DNA of 64,000 nucleotides from Cladosporium halotolerans (Eukaryota): NCBI RefSeq assembly GCF_011745625.1, contig NW_027191468.1:186001-250000 (forward strand). Reading direction: 5' to 3'. Made by a program: the position numbers and the translations under genes. The notes under the pieces are model-generated. The model did no database searches. It was not told the origin of the DNA and saw only the letters and a list, made by a program, of their open reading frames with translations. Positions 34,892 through 46,979 of the stretch are shown here, piece by piece; the stretch's first letter is position 1; every line of letters begins with the position of its first letter.

Positions 34892-37466
34892 CTTTGCTGA
34901 GGGAGGGTGTCCGTTCGACGAGGTTCGCCTGCGCTAACGGAGCCTACGGCTTCCCTGTCGCGCCGGGTGTTTTCTAGAATCTTTCGCAAGACTCACGCGC
35001 TAGTGGCGGATGAGAGCGCTGACTACGCAATCGCGGGACCCGGGATGTCGGCGTAAGCACGCTCGAGGGTGGAGGTCGCGAGAGATGTGCGCTCGAGAGG
35101 CGCTGTGTGAGTCGGCGGGCTGGAGGGCTGGTGGTCTGCGCGCTGGGGGCTGAAGTCAACGGGCAGGACCCGCGATTTGTGCAGCTCGAGGACTCCGGTG
35201 AAGGCGCGCGGTGAGAGTTTGCTGCTTCGGGCTCCGTCGGTCTTACGTGCTGGGCGCAAAGGCAGCGCGAGGCAACTCGTTCGCTCTGCCGGTGCGATAT
35301 GGCGGCGATTTGCAGTCGGAGGCAGGGATGACATGTTCACAGCCGCAGCGTCATGAGGGGCCGTCGCAGTTCGCGCGACGCCCCGCCGGCCATGCCACCG
35401 CCACCATCTGATCTGCTGCCTTTTTGCTGGCGTTTCGCATCACTGCAACCCAATATCCACCGCCGCCGCCGGCATCAACCTTGAAGGCTTGGGCATCACA
35501 GACACTACTCACTGCTCACGAATTTATTCTCGGGCATTGAGCCGATGATGTGTGCCTCGATCACCAAGCTAAAAACCATCGGATGATTGGTGGCCAATCA
35601 GTATGGCCAATTTACATACTCTGATATGGATGCAATACTCACACGCTGAACAATGTGATCATGACCTCTCGCAAGGCGCGCTACTGTCATGATGCTCTCA
35701 GCGGCTTTACCTCAACACGTGTAGTTCCATCATCTATCGGACTGTACAACGCTATCCAATTCTCATGAAAGTTGCAGAGCGAATATCTGGACTGACCCTG
35801 ACCTTTCTGGATCATCCTCTATGAGGGCCTTCATCTTTTGATCAGTCAGTTCTTGTAATATACAAGGAGAGGTGCTCCGTGAATGGTTTCATCGGTCTCT
35901 CCTTGCGACAGCTTCCGCTACACATACACGACAGGAGATCTCTCCGATTGGTGAGCGTCTCCTTCTCTGTGCCGTGTGATTCTCCAAGTCTGTGATATGA
36001 TCCGATCGCAGTCCTTGATTACTAGCATCTTCAGCTTTGATGGTATTGACAACAATTTTCTTTGCACATTTTGTCCTTGTTATTTTGCTACTCTTGTGTG
36101 AGCATTGGACGGACACCAAAACCTCTTTAGCTGAGCTCGAAAAGGACCCTCAATTGATCGCTAGAGCGGTGTACATTTTGGAAGCATGCCATGCCAGAAT
36201 TCGTCGTGAGCTTAAAGCTAGGACAAGCTGAGATTTTGGTTATGCTGTCTTTGATATATGACCGTTAATCGCCGATGAGTAGCACGTAAACCGGTGCAAT
36301 TCAGTCGCACAGTCACTCACTGAGGGCTATTCCATCAAGTCACACTTTTATTGTCCGAGATAGCACCAGTGGTTCCTGTTGTTGGCAAAAGTTTTAGTTT
36401 TGCTAAGGCTGTGAACACTGCGTGATATGCCTCGTAGTCTTTTGGCAGGACACAGTTCAGTACTCTCGTTGTCTCAATGCCACATCGAGATGAGAGCTGC
36501 AGAAATATTGCGATCGATCAAGATGGATTGACACTGGAGATGCGTCTTCTAAGAGGAAGTGTCTCTCTCTCCGAGGGCACTGGAACAGATGAACGCCATG
36601 GAGCTGTTTGGCAGACGGGCCGCATATACTTCTTTGAGGGTTCAAGAAGATCTGTTGTCGTCGGCTTGATCGGCGAATGGAGACCTCGGGAACAGATACT
36701 CCGAGCACTTCGGGCTCTGCTGCACACGGCAAGAAGTCCCGCCCGCAATACCCGCTCGCGATGGGGCTATGGGCTTCGCAAGCGGATACCAACACCGAAA
36801 GCAAAGACACTCTGTTGAAGCAAGCCAGAGAGCGCAAGAAACGACGGAGATGCGCCTCGAAGAGCATGTGGTCATCATAGACCAGAAGAGGAATAGAGCG
36901 AGACTCCAGCCTTTCACATGCTGCCACCCTCTCGCTGCCCGTCCCCGCAAAGGCCAGGACGGCGCCCCGTGACCAGCGCAGGCCCGTCATGTGAGCCGCA
37001 TTTCGGATGACCCGCTGGCATGTGAACGCCTCGGTCCACGCGAAACGCAGGAGACAGCAGCCTCGCCCACGCAGCACGCAGCTTGCAACCCGCATCAGCT
37101 GCCGAGCACGCAGCTCATGTCGGTGTACATATATTCAGATATCTACTCTCTCATATTCCAAGTGAACCCCCTCCCTCCCGCAGTCGGCAACATTTCACGG
37201 GAAGATTAGCTTTGCTGCGCACGCCACCAGCCCGCGCCGTCGCAGCGTCTCCACGACCCCGGACGCGCTGACCATCCTCTCGTCCACCTCGGCATCTCTC
37301 CTCCGCCCCAGGCCACCCAAGTCTCCGACACCCTGTCCTGCTGCCGACCTGTGGGCCGAGTTCTTATTTCCAGACACCTCGTCCTTCTATCTACACCGTC
37401 TACCCAACACTCACATCTTTCTTTTTCCTTTCAACACATCCTTTTGCTCTTGAGATACCCCACAGA

Positions 37467-39539
37467 ATGCCTCCCCGCGTTATTGTCGTTGGCGCTGGCC
37501 GTACGTATTGCCCAGCAACAGCCCGAAACAAAGCATTGGAACTGACGTTGATTGCACAGTCTCCGGCCTCAGCGCTGCTCACACCATCTACCTTGCCGGC
37601 GGCAATGTTGTCCTCCTCGACAAGAATAGTATGCGCTCTCCTCCACGCTGACCCCAAGACGTCCGGCTAACGGCTTCTCCCAGACTTCATGGGCGGCAAC
37701 TCCACCAAGGCCACCTCCGGTATTAACGGTGCTTTGACCCGCACACAGGTTGACGAGAAGATCGCCGACAGCGTCAAGCAATTTTACGATGACACCCTCA
37801 AATCTGCGAGAGAAAAGGCTCGCCCCGACCTCATCAAGGTCCTCACATACAAGTCCGCCGCGGCCGTGGAGTGGCTGCAGGACGTCTTCAACCTCGACCT
37901 GACTCTCGTTTCGCGACTTGGGTATGTAAAGCAATGGCGTGGCCCCCGAAAACGTAATGCTAACGAATGCCTTAGCGGTCACTCATACCCTCGAACACAC
38001 CGTGGCCACGATGCCAAGTTCCCCGGCATGGCCATCACATATGCGCTGATGCAGCGTTTCGAAGAGCTGGCAGAGAAGGAGCCTGAGCGAGTACAGCTTA
38101 TCAAGAAGGCCAAGGTCAACAAGATCAACACGGATGGAAACACCGTGACTGGTGTGACCTACGACTTCAACGGCGAGCAGACTGTTGCACACGGCCCGGT
38201 TATCCTTGCCACTGGTGGCTACGCCGCTGACTTTGGCAACGACTCGCTGCTGAAGAAGCACAGGCCGGATACCTTTGACCTTTCTACCACCAACGGTGCT
38301 CACGCGACCGGTGATGGCCACAAGATGCTCATGAACATTGGTGCCAATGGTATCGATATGGAGTCCGTCCAGGTCCACCCGACTGGTCTGGTCGACCCCA
38401 AGGACCCCACTGCAAAGACCAAGTTCTTGGCCGCAGAGGCGCTCCGTGGTGAGGGTGGTTTGCTGCTCAACTCCAAGGGCCAGCGCTTCACCGATGAGCT
38501 TGAGCACCGTGACTACGTCTCCAACAAGCTGTGGAAGGAGAAGGAGAAGGGCCTGTGGCCCATTCGTCTCGTCCTGAACAGCAAGGCCTCCAACGTTCTC
38601 GACTTCCACACTCGCCACTACTCTGGCCGCGGTCTCATGAAGAAGATGACTGGCAAGGAGCTCGTGGCCGACATTGGCTGCTCAGAGAAGGACCTCGAGA
38701 AGACCTTCAACGACTACAACACCTACGCCGACGGAAGCGCCAAGGACCCTCACGGCAAGAAGTACTACCACAACGCACCTTTCCACCTCGACGACACCTT
38801 CCACGTTGCCATCATGGAGCCCGTGCTTCACTTCACCATGGGCGGTATCGAGATCAACGACCAGGCCCAGTGCCTGAACTCCAACGGCGAGCCCTTCGAC
38901 GGCCTCTTCGTCTGCGGTGAGCTCGCGGGCGGCGTCCACGGCGCCAACCGCCTCGGCGGCTCCTCTCTCCTCGGCTGCGTCGTCTACGGCCGCGTGGCCG
39001 GCGACAGCGCCAGCAAGTACCTCTTCCAGCAAGTCCTCAACAACGGCGCCTCGACCGCCGCCCAGCGCCTGGGCCAAGTCAGCCTGCACATCGACCCCAA
39101 CACGCCCGGCAAGATCTCCGTCGAGTGGGCGAACGGCGTCGGCGCCTCCGACGAGACGCGCCAAGCAGCGCAGAGCCAGCAGTCCGCGGGGCCCGTGATG
39201 CCCACGTCCGGCCGCAGCGGCGACTCCTCGGACCCGGCCACCGTCTCCAAGCCCAACAGCCTGGAGGCCTTCAAGGTGCCGGACGACGAGTACACGCTCG
39301 AGGAGGTGGCGAAGCACAACAAGAAGGAGGACCTGTGGATCGCGGTCAAGGGCGTGGTGATGAACGTCACGGACTGGGTCGACGAGCACCCCGGCGGCCC
39401 GCAGGCGCTGTTCTCGCACATGGGCAAGGACGCCAGCGAGGAGTTCGAGATGCTGCACGACGACGAGGTCATCCCCAAGTACGCGGCTGGCATCGTCATC
39501 GGCCGCGTCAAGGGCCAGGAGGTTACGCTGGAGTACTAG
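37467..39539 (+). CDS. OSM1: FAD-dependent fumarate reductase (Osm1/Frd1-like) fused to a C-terminal cytochrome b5, 634 aa
   Basis: Exons 37467-37500, 37560-37628, 37684-37921 and 37976-39539. VVGAGLSGL, GGNSTKATSGING, QVHPTG, EALRGEGG, HFTMGG and HGANRLGG; b5 domain with EHPGG. Confidence 0.93.
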
Positions 39540-39957
39540 ATTGACGAAGGGTTGGTTAAAGGGCTCCATATGCATGGGCTTCCCGTTTTTATGTGCTTGT
39601 ACTCACGAGTGATGGGGCTTTGGGCATCAGGCGTTCAAAATGAAATTATTCATACTCTTATGTGAATCGAAATTGATTCGTACAAGTTCACAGTTCTACT
39701 GGTGTATCCTCGTCCCGTGAGATAAATTCATGCGCGACATGAAGAAATCAAGAGCTTAATCAGGATGAGTTGCATCCAAATCGGGTAGTCACGGTCTATC
39801 ACTTGAATTAATAATAAAGTAGGATATGGACATATATCAAGAGAGAAATGTACAGCTTTCGTCGCAGCTCCGCGAGCCTCAGAACGCCACGCTGATCCAA
39901 ACAATCCAAGAGAAATGAGAAAAGAAAAAAAAAATGGTAATTAGTGTCCCACACCGC

Positions 39958-41898
39958 TCACGCAGCCGCCTTCTCCCCCTCACCCATCTCCAAATCCTTC
40001 GCGCGGCCCTCAGGCACAGGCGGCACGCCCTGGCCGTCCGCCAGCGTCTCGCCGCTGCCCAAGCCCTGCGACGTCCTCGGCGTCACCGGCCGGCTGCCCT
40101 TCTTGCTCGCGCGCCGGGCCTCCTTCTCCGCCGTCCGCGCCGCGGCGTTTTCCTTCTCCGCCGCGAGGCCCGTCTTCGTCTCCTCGTGCTGCTTGCTCAG
40201 CTTCTTCTTCTGGATCAGGAAGGCCGCGAAGAAGCCGACCGCCGAGAAGGCCACGTACATGATCCACATGGGCTGCAGGCTGTTGGCGAAGGCGACGCGC
40301 ACGACGTCGCGCTGCTCCTGGGGCAGGGCTTGGATGACCTGCGTGTTGGCGCCGGCTTCGCCGCCGGAGAGCTGCATTGCGCGCTCGGGGCCGAGGGCGG
40401 CGACGAGCTGGGGCGTTTTGGCGCTCATGCTGTTTTGGAAGACGACTTGGCCGATGACGACGGAGGTGGAGGTCGCGAGCTGGCGGATGAAGCCCAGGGT
40501 GGCGGTCGCGGTGCCGATGTCCCGCGGGTTGATGTGGGCTTGCAGGGCGATGATGGGGGCTTGGAAGAGTGGGCCGACGCCGATGCCTGCGATGATTTGG
40601 TAGAGGGCGAGCTTGGCCCAGTTGGAGTTGGCGTGGAAGTCGACGAAGAGGCCGTAGCCGAGCGTCATCATGAACATGCCGAACCAGATGGGTGGGAGGA
40701 AGGCGCCGACTTTGCGGACGAAGATACCAGTGCCGATGGAACCGGCGGAGAGCGCGAGGGCTGTTGGGAGGAGGTAGACGCCGGAGAGGATGGGGGTGGC
40801 GTTGCGCACGGCTTGGAAGTAGAGCGGTAGGTAGTAAGATGCTGAGATGAAGACGACGCCGTGGATGAATACCACGAAGAGGGTGGCGACGTTGGTGCGA
40901 GAATTGAAAAGACCGAGTGGCATGACAGGATACTTGGGGACTTTCCATTCGTACAGAACGAAGAGGACGAAGGTCAAGACGCCGAAGACGATAAGGCAGA
41001 CAACGGTCGCGGAGTCCCAAGGGTACGTCTCGCCACCGTATTGAAGGCCAAAAAGGAACATGAGAGTCGCGCCGACGATGAGCAGTGAACCAACCCAGTC
41101 GATAGCTTTGAGACCTTCGATGAGAGGCGTACGCGGTGTCTCGACATCCAGGAAGAAGAGGAGGATGAAGAACGCCAGTCCATCCAAAGGCAGATTGATG
41201 TAGAAGCACCATCTCCAGGAAACGCTCTGGGTGAAAGCACCTCCGATGATAGGGCCGATTGAAGATGCGATAGCCCAGACGCCACCGATGACACCGTAGA
41301 AGGCGCCTCGCGTACGCAGACTGAACAGGTCTCCAATCGTGATGTTGACGAGGATCACAAGTCCACCGCCTCCCAGACCCTGGACGGCGCGTGCTGCAAT
41401 GAGCATTCCGATGCTGTTAGCCAGAGCTGCTACCAGTGATCCGACCATGAAGATCACGTTCGCCAGTAGCAGCATTGGTTTCCGGCCGAAGATGTCGCTG
41501 ACCTTGCCCCATGAAGGAATGGAGGCTGCGTTTGCCAGTAAGAATGCTGAACCAATCCATGTATATCCTGATGCGGAGCCAAAGTGTTCGGTGATGGTAG
41601 GCAGAGCTGTGGTGACGATAGTGACATCCAAGGCTGCGAGGAAGACTGCCATGCATAGTGCCAGCATGATGAGTGCTACTTTGCCCTTGGATCTCCCATT
41701 GTAGGGATCCTCTTCCTTCGGTTTCTCATCTTGGGCCTTCTCGTCGCCAGACTTTTCGTTGGAATCGCTGTCGTGCAAGCCATCTGTTCGTGATGCCTGG
41801 CCTTCAGTGTGTGTGACGTTCTCCGGCATGGCTGGCGTGTTGGTGGCACCTGGTCCTGCCTCTGCGGCGGGCTCGTCTGTGACGACGCCTCTACTCAT
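39958..41898 (-). CDS. MFS DHA2 (14-TM) drug/toxin efflux transporter
   Basis: FLAALDVTIVTTALPTI, WGKVSDIFGRK, IGPIIGGAFT...WRWCFYINLP. First ATG is at 41898. Confidence 0.95.
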   Translation of the reverse strand: MSRGVVTDEPAAEAGPGATNTPAMPENVTHTEGQASRTDGLHDSDSNEKSGDEKAQDEKPKEEDPYNGRSKGKVALIMLALCMAVFLAALDVTIVTTALPTITEHFGSASGYTWIGSAFLLANAASIPSWGKVSDIFGRKPMLLLANVIFMVGSLVAALANSIGMLIAARAVQGLGGGGLVILVNITIGDLFSLRTRGAFYGVIGGVWAIASSIGPIIGGAFTQSVSWRWCFYINLPLDGLAFFILLFFLDVETPRTPLIEGLKAIDWVGSLLIVGATLMFLFGLQYGGETYPWDSATVVCLIVFGVLTFVLFVLYEWKVPKYPVMPLGLFNSRTNVATLFVVFIHGVVFISASYYLPLYFQAVRNATPILSGVYLLPTALALSAGSIGTGIFVRKVGAFLPPIWFGMFMMTLGYGLFVDFHANSNWAKLALYQIIAGIGVGPLFQAPIIALQAHINPRDIGTATATLGFIRQLATSTSVVIGQVVFQNSMSAKTPQLVAALGPERAMQLSGGEAGANTQVIQALPQEQRDVVRVAFANSLQPMWIMYVAFSAVGFFAAFLIQKKKLSKQHEETKTGLAAEKENAAARTAEKEARRASKKGSRPVTPRTSQGLGSGETLADGQGVPPVPEGRAKDLEMGEGEKAAA

Positions 41899-42308
41899 GT
41901 TTGTCGACTGCGATCCTGCGAGGTCGTGGGTGGCAGGCTCAAAGAAACCCTTGACTTCTAGGATATACCTGGTTGCCACAACAAGTCAAAGAGTGACCGT
42001 TACCGTTGCGAGTCAACCAGATGTCTGGGGTAGGTGGAGAAGCTGAGCCTTGAAGATGATAGGAATGACGTCCGAGACAAAAGCTTGTGTTTTGCTGGCG
42101 GCTGATCCAGTCGAGCCAGGGTACAAATTCTCCGATCCGACCTTTGTTGTCAAGGGGAAAGGTCCGTGGTGTTTGGCAAGGGAGTACCATGTAAATATGA
42201 TGCTGTGAAAGGATTTCAGGAGATTCGGAGTTTAGCTGTCAGATCTTGTACGAAAGAATAATCGCGAATCGATGCGTAAGGCTAATCGTCCACGCGCTGA
42301 GATCGGGC

Positions 42309-42337
42309 TCGGGCTTTCACGGCCGCTGAAAGCCCGA
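42309..42337. promoter_or_regulatory. 11-bp inverted repeat TCGGGCTTTCA-N7-TGAAAGCCCGA upstream of the efflux pump
   Basis: Arms at 42309-42319 and 42327-42337, flanked by extra CGGGCT and GAAAGCCC copies; about 410 bp upstream of the ATG. Confidence 0.4.
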
Positions 42338-43963
42338 AAGCCCATGCGGCAGCCACGCGCAAACGCGAGCCGCATGTTGGGATGACTGCGAGATGCCAGA
42401 TTGTGTTTTCGCTTGCTGGCTCACAAGAGAACTGTCAGATTTCCTAAGCACCTTTGCTCTATGGGCGAGGATGCTTCGGCCGGAGTGAAACGATGGTTTT
42501 CGTTGTACCTGCTTGCGATTATCAATACGTCCCTTGTCTTATCTCACAGAACCCGACAGGATCTATGGCGATAGCTACCTAGGCTTTTCTGATTACTGTC
42601 AAAGCGCGTTGATTGGAGATGGCCTTCCCAGCCCTACGGTGATGAGTTTCTTTTCACGTTGTCGGTGCCAAGGCCAGCTGTTAGCGAGGCCTCATCGTCT
42701 CCTCGACGGCGCAAATAGATGCGTTGACCGCCCTGAGCTACCCAGATCGCAAGAGCTTATCTGACGGACCAAAATAATATTCGGGCACCGATTTAACAAC
42801 AAGAGTCCGACATGGCCATGTACTGCGCCTAATGCAGGTCGCGTCGTCCAACTCGGCCAACAAACTTTCATGAGTCTCGCATCGTCGGGCAGTCGGATTG
42901 TCGCAGGTTCATTGCACGTACAAAATCCTCCATTTCGAGGAGCCATTACTATGTGGGCGGCCACGTCCTGTGATCATACAAGCACTTCAGTCCTTGTGGC
43001 TCTGGTTCGGTCCGAGCAGGCGAATTGTCCTGGTCTCTGTTCTCGGGCTGCTACAATCTTGGCCTCGGCATTTGTCGATAGATGGTTGGGTGTAGTTGTT
43101 GGTGATTCAGGTCTCCACTATACCGATAGATGTGAGCCGGGCAAACCTGGTCGCGCAATCTTTGAACATGGTGGTCCGAATTGGGACCTTGCACTGTTTG
43201 AGAGAGAAGAGGCAACTGCTATCCGTGAATTGAATGATTTTCGGGAGACGAAGAGCCTCAAGATCTGATTTAAGGAATGCTTGGATCCGTTCACTCATGG
43301 CACCATTAGCTCTCTGGAATTTTATCTCCACCTCACACGTCGCTTACCCTCCATCGCAGGTCCTCTAGACGTCGACAACCCACAGTGGTGTTTCAAACCC
43401 ATTCAAAATCTAAGTTGGATGCTTCGAAGAGTTCCATTGAGCGCGCTGTGGGCCAAGATGGGAGGGAAAACGCCCATGCGGTTTGCTGGAGAGAAGCCAG
43501 CATATCGTAATGAAAGGCGCCTTGTCCGATCACAATGTGTGCGTCCTCGTTTGCTCTGTATCATGACCTGGTTCTACAAAGGAAGAAAGGCACCAGGTAA
43601 AACGAGTCCTCAGTCTCGTGATTCGCATAGCACGCGCTTTCGAGGCCTCGCTCTTTCCCAGTCAGCGTTCTTTCCTCACACGTCGGCTAAGCACGGTTTG
43701 TTCCCAATTGAGAAGACTGTTGATAACTCGCAGCTTCACATTTGCACGCGGCGTGTCGCATCACACGCGTCACATGAATTCACCGACTTTACCTCGACTT
43801 CCTTCCAAGTTCACCTGACCTTACTTCACCTCCTTGTAACTCGTCAAGCTTTGCACAAAACAGTCATTTGGACTTCTCACAACCTCATTTCCTCGAACAT
43901 AACAGTACTCCCAGACACACATCAGCAACCCAGTAATCAACAAGCGTTTATTCTGCCGCCGCC

Positions 43964-46548
43964 ATGTGCAGGGTTGAACTCCACTTGCACACGTGCGGCC
44001 ACACGACAGATCATTCCACCAGGTGTGAGGACGCTGCACCATACGGCCCTTTCTTCAACAGAATCGGTTGTGTGAATTACACGTCGAGAAACAGCCGTGC
44101 GACATATCAATGTGGAGAACATCGCTTCTACTGTGCGAAAACTCACGACGGAGCCATCCTCGATTCATCCTACAGCCTTCTGAAATTATTGAGAAACAAG
44201 CTTTTCGAGATCCATGATCAGCTCAAGGAGGTCATGGCTACTCTGCAATCGGAACTCCAACAGACTGCCAAAAGCGAGGACATGCATACTAACCACAGAA
44301 TCGAGGCCCTCGAGCTGCACAACGCGTCGCTTCTCAAGGAACGCATCTCAATCATCGCCAAAGCCAGAGCGCTTCAAGACGCGATTCGATGGGCTTTCCA
44401 GGAACGTCATTTGCTCATGCCCGACCCTAGCAGACCTGGATATGACGGCTTTCGTTTTGATCCCGGCAAGTCACGCTTGCCGGCGAACATTCTCATCCCC
44501 TTACTACAAATCCTGGCAGGGCAGGACTGCAGTGAAAGCCTGCAGACTGAATCGAACGTTCCGAGCATCGCCGTTCAATCTCAGCACAAAACAACTCCTG
44601 GATATTCCGGGGCGCCTGGTTGTAATGCGACAGGAAAAATTGCACCTCATGATCAAAAGCCCATGCATTCAAATACCCCTGTGAAAGCACGCAACAGGTT
44701 GGCGGGCACCGCTGTTCGAAGCACACCCCTGAACCATGCGATATTCAGAGGGAACTCGCCACTGAATGAGTCGCGTGCGGAAAAAGCACACCGCCTTCGA
44801 GCAGAGATGCAAACCAAGCAAAATCAGAAGATCGCAGAGTCGATGGCTCGGCAAGGGTACGATGTAGAGAAGAACGGTATTCGACCGCCAAGCAGGGCAG
44901 GACGTAAGTGATAATCATCTTGGTAATTTCTAGCCTCACAGGTACTAACATGTCTGCAGGTCCGCGCCCAGGCCCGATCAAGGCCAGTCCGAGCAAGAAA
45001 CAATCAAGCCCCCAGCCATCATCCAGCGCTCAAGCCGTGTCACAGAACGTACGGCGTAGTGCGAGGACTCGCAACAGCAAGCCAAAATACGCTGAAAGTT
45101 CGGGCGGCTCGTCTTTGGGACTCAGTTCTCGGGATGCATCACCAGCCAAATCTGATGCAGCTTGGAATGAATCTCCAGGCAAATCAGAAGGCTCATCATC
45201 ACCGTATAGGCCGACGAAAAACGATCGGAGCCACAAGAAAAAAGTGGCTGCTTTGTCCCCGATCAGTAATCCAACTCATCGGCAGAAGTCTCTAAGCAAT
45301 AAGATTTCAGAGTATGGACAAAGCTTCGAAAGGGCAGAAAGCAATACTACTGTCTCGATCGAAGCTGCCACATCACAGTCTGATGCACGACCTTCTGGTT
45401 CCACCAGCACTCAGCCACGAGCTCTTGCTGGTTTCAAGGACGATTCGTCTACCCCTGTTGAAGCATTTCCTGGTTACATGCGCAACCGCTTTACGGGCGG
45501 TTACTCTGGCCTCAATCCCACCGCATCCACTGCTTCTGGAAATGACAGAATTCAGGACTCCTCGCTGCAAGCCAACCAGCCCGAGAGTCTGACTCTCGGA
45601 ATTCAAACGGCTCCAGAGAGTTATGGAAATGCAACGACGAGCCCCATGTTCGCCTATCATGGCCGGAACCTGAGCACACCAAACAACATGGCATACCCTC
45701 CATTAGTTCGGAAATCTTCACAAGGCGAGAAGTTGTCACCTGCATCGTTACAACCTACTACACAACGCTACCAAAGGAACTTCACCGAGCCCGCCAATAT
45801 CTTCCATCGCAACTACCAGCAGGCCATGGCTAGCCATGCTGCCCTTCCAAGTGCATTCGTTGGCGGCAATAGGTCTATTGGTCGCAGTGGCTCTAACAAC
45901 ATCATCGGCACGTCTGGCGGCGACAACAGCTCAATGCCACTCTTGACTTCAAGCTTCAACCCGAACCCAAATACTCAACCTGATTACACACGTATGCATC
46001 GGAGCTTCAGTTCAGCGGCTGACCTGACGCCGGAAACTTTCCCAGGCGCCGATCTACATCTCCACAGTTTTGAGCCGCTGAAGCGCACAATGCCTTCCGC
46101 TTTTCCGAGCATGGCCTCCTTCAAGCGCCCACGTCTTGATAACAGTGGCAATTACGGGGCTTCAGCTCTTGTGCCAGACAGATCTCGGCTTTGCCTTGGT
46201 TCGCCGATTGACATGCCGTCGACGAGTGCCGCTGGCTTCTATCAAGGTAACGAAGCGTTCGACGACTATCCGAGCCAACTTTCTGCAAGCGCAAGTGACC
46301 TAGCTGCACCCTCACTTGCTCCAAACTTGCAGCATCCTTCTTCCTCCTACCAGACTATGCATGACCCGGCCCGTAACCATGCTTATCTCACGATCCCTGA
46401 GACCACATCTCAGCAGGTCCATGAGTTATCAAGACGCGATTCTCACTACGATCATTTCCAGGACGCTGGACAGAACGCCCAGTTTGAGACCAAAGATCCA
46501 GTCTCGGAGCCTGATTGGGGCTTTGTCGACGAAGAAAACATGGTTTGA
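43964..46548 (+). CDS. Hypothetical protein of about 840 aa: N-terminal Cys/His cluster, coiled coil, long S/P-rich disordered tail
   Basis: Exons 43964-44903 and 44960-46548; intron GTAAGT...TACTAAC...CAG joins the two long ORFs in frame. Confidence 0.75.
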
Positions 46549-46979
46549 AGGACATTCTGCTTCTCGCCAAGAGCCCTTGCTTCATGAAGGGATTTTGGAT
46601 TCAAACACCCACGTGTAAAATGACCTTGACTGTGGAAAGTACAGGATTCGGTCTCCCTGCTGGTTGAGTTGAGGCGAAGCTTGCTGTACGCGGATGTCAC
46701 TTTGTTTCTGCAGAGCCAGCGGTTGATTTTGCAGAAATCTGGACGTCGGCAAGGAACGTGAAGCTTCACTTGCTTGAATGGTTATGGTTTTTAACTGGGT
46801 TTTGATTTCTTGTGTTAGGCGTTAAATCGAGAAAATGAAAAAAAAATCGGCGGGATTTTTGCTCGTTCCTCATGTAGCTGTATGACCACCAGTAATCTAT
46901 GTCATCTTTGTCGCGCAGTGTCGCAAGAACCCAAGGACTCAGCCGCCCAATGCCATGATCAGTCATGTCCTAGTCCCTT

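Noticed and set aside
35000..37400. Short ORFs and a C/D-box-like stretch near 35545-35625 between PEF1 and fumarate reductase
   Set aside because: No coding signal; the C box is imperfect and I see no terminal stem or recognisable guide sequence.
42870..43268. 132-aa ORF between the MFS pump and the orphan gene
   Set aside because: No recognisable motif or splice support; treated as intergenic.
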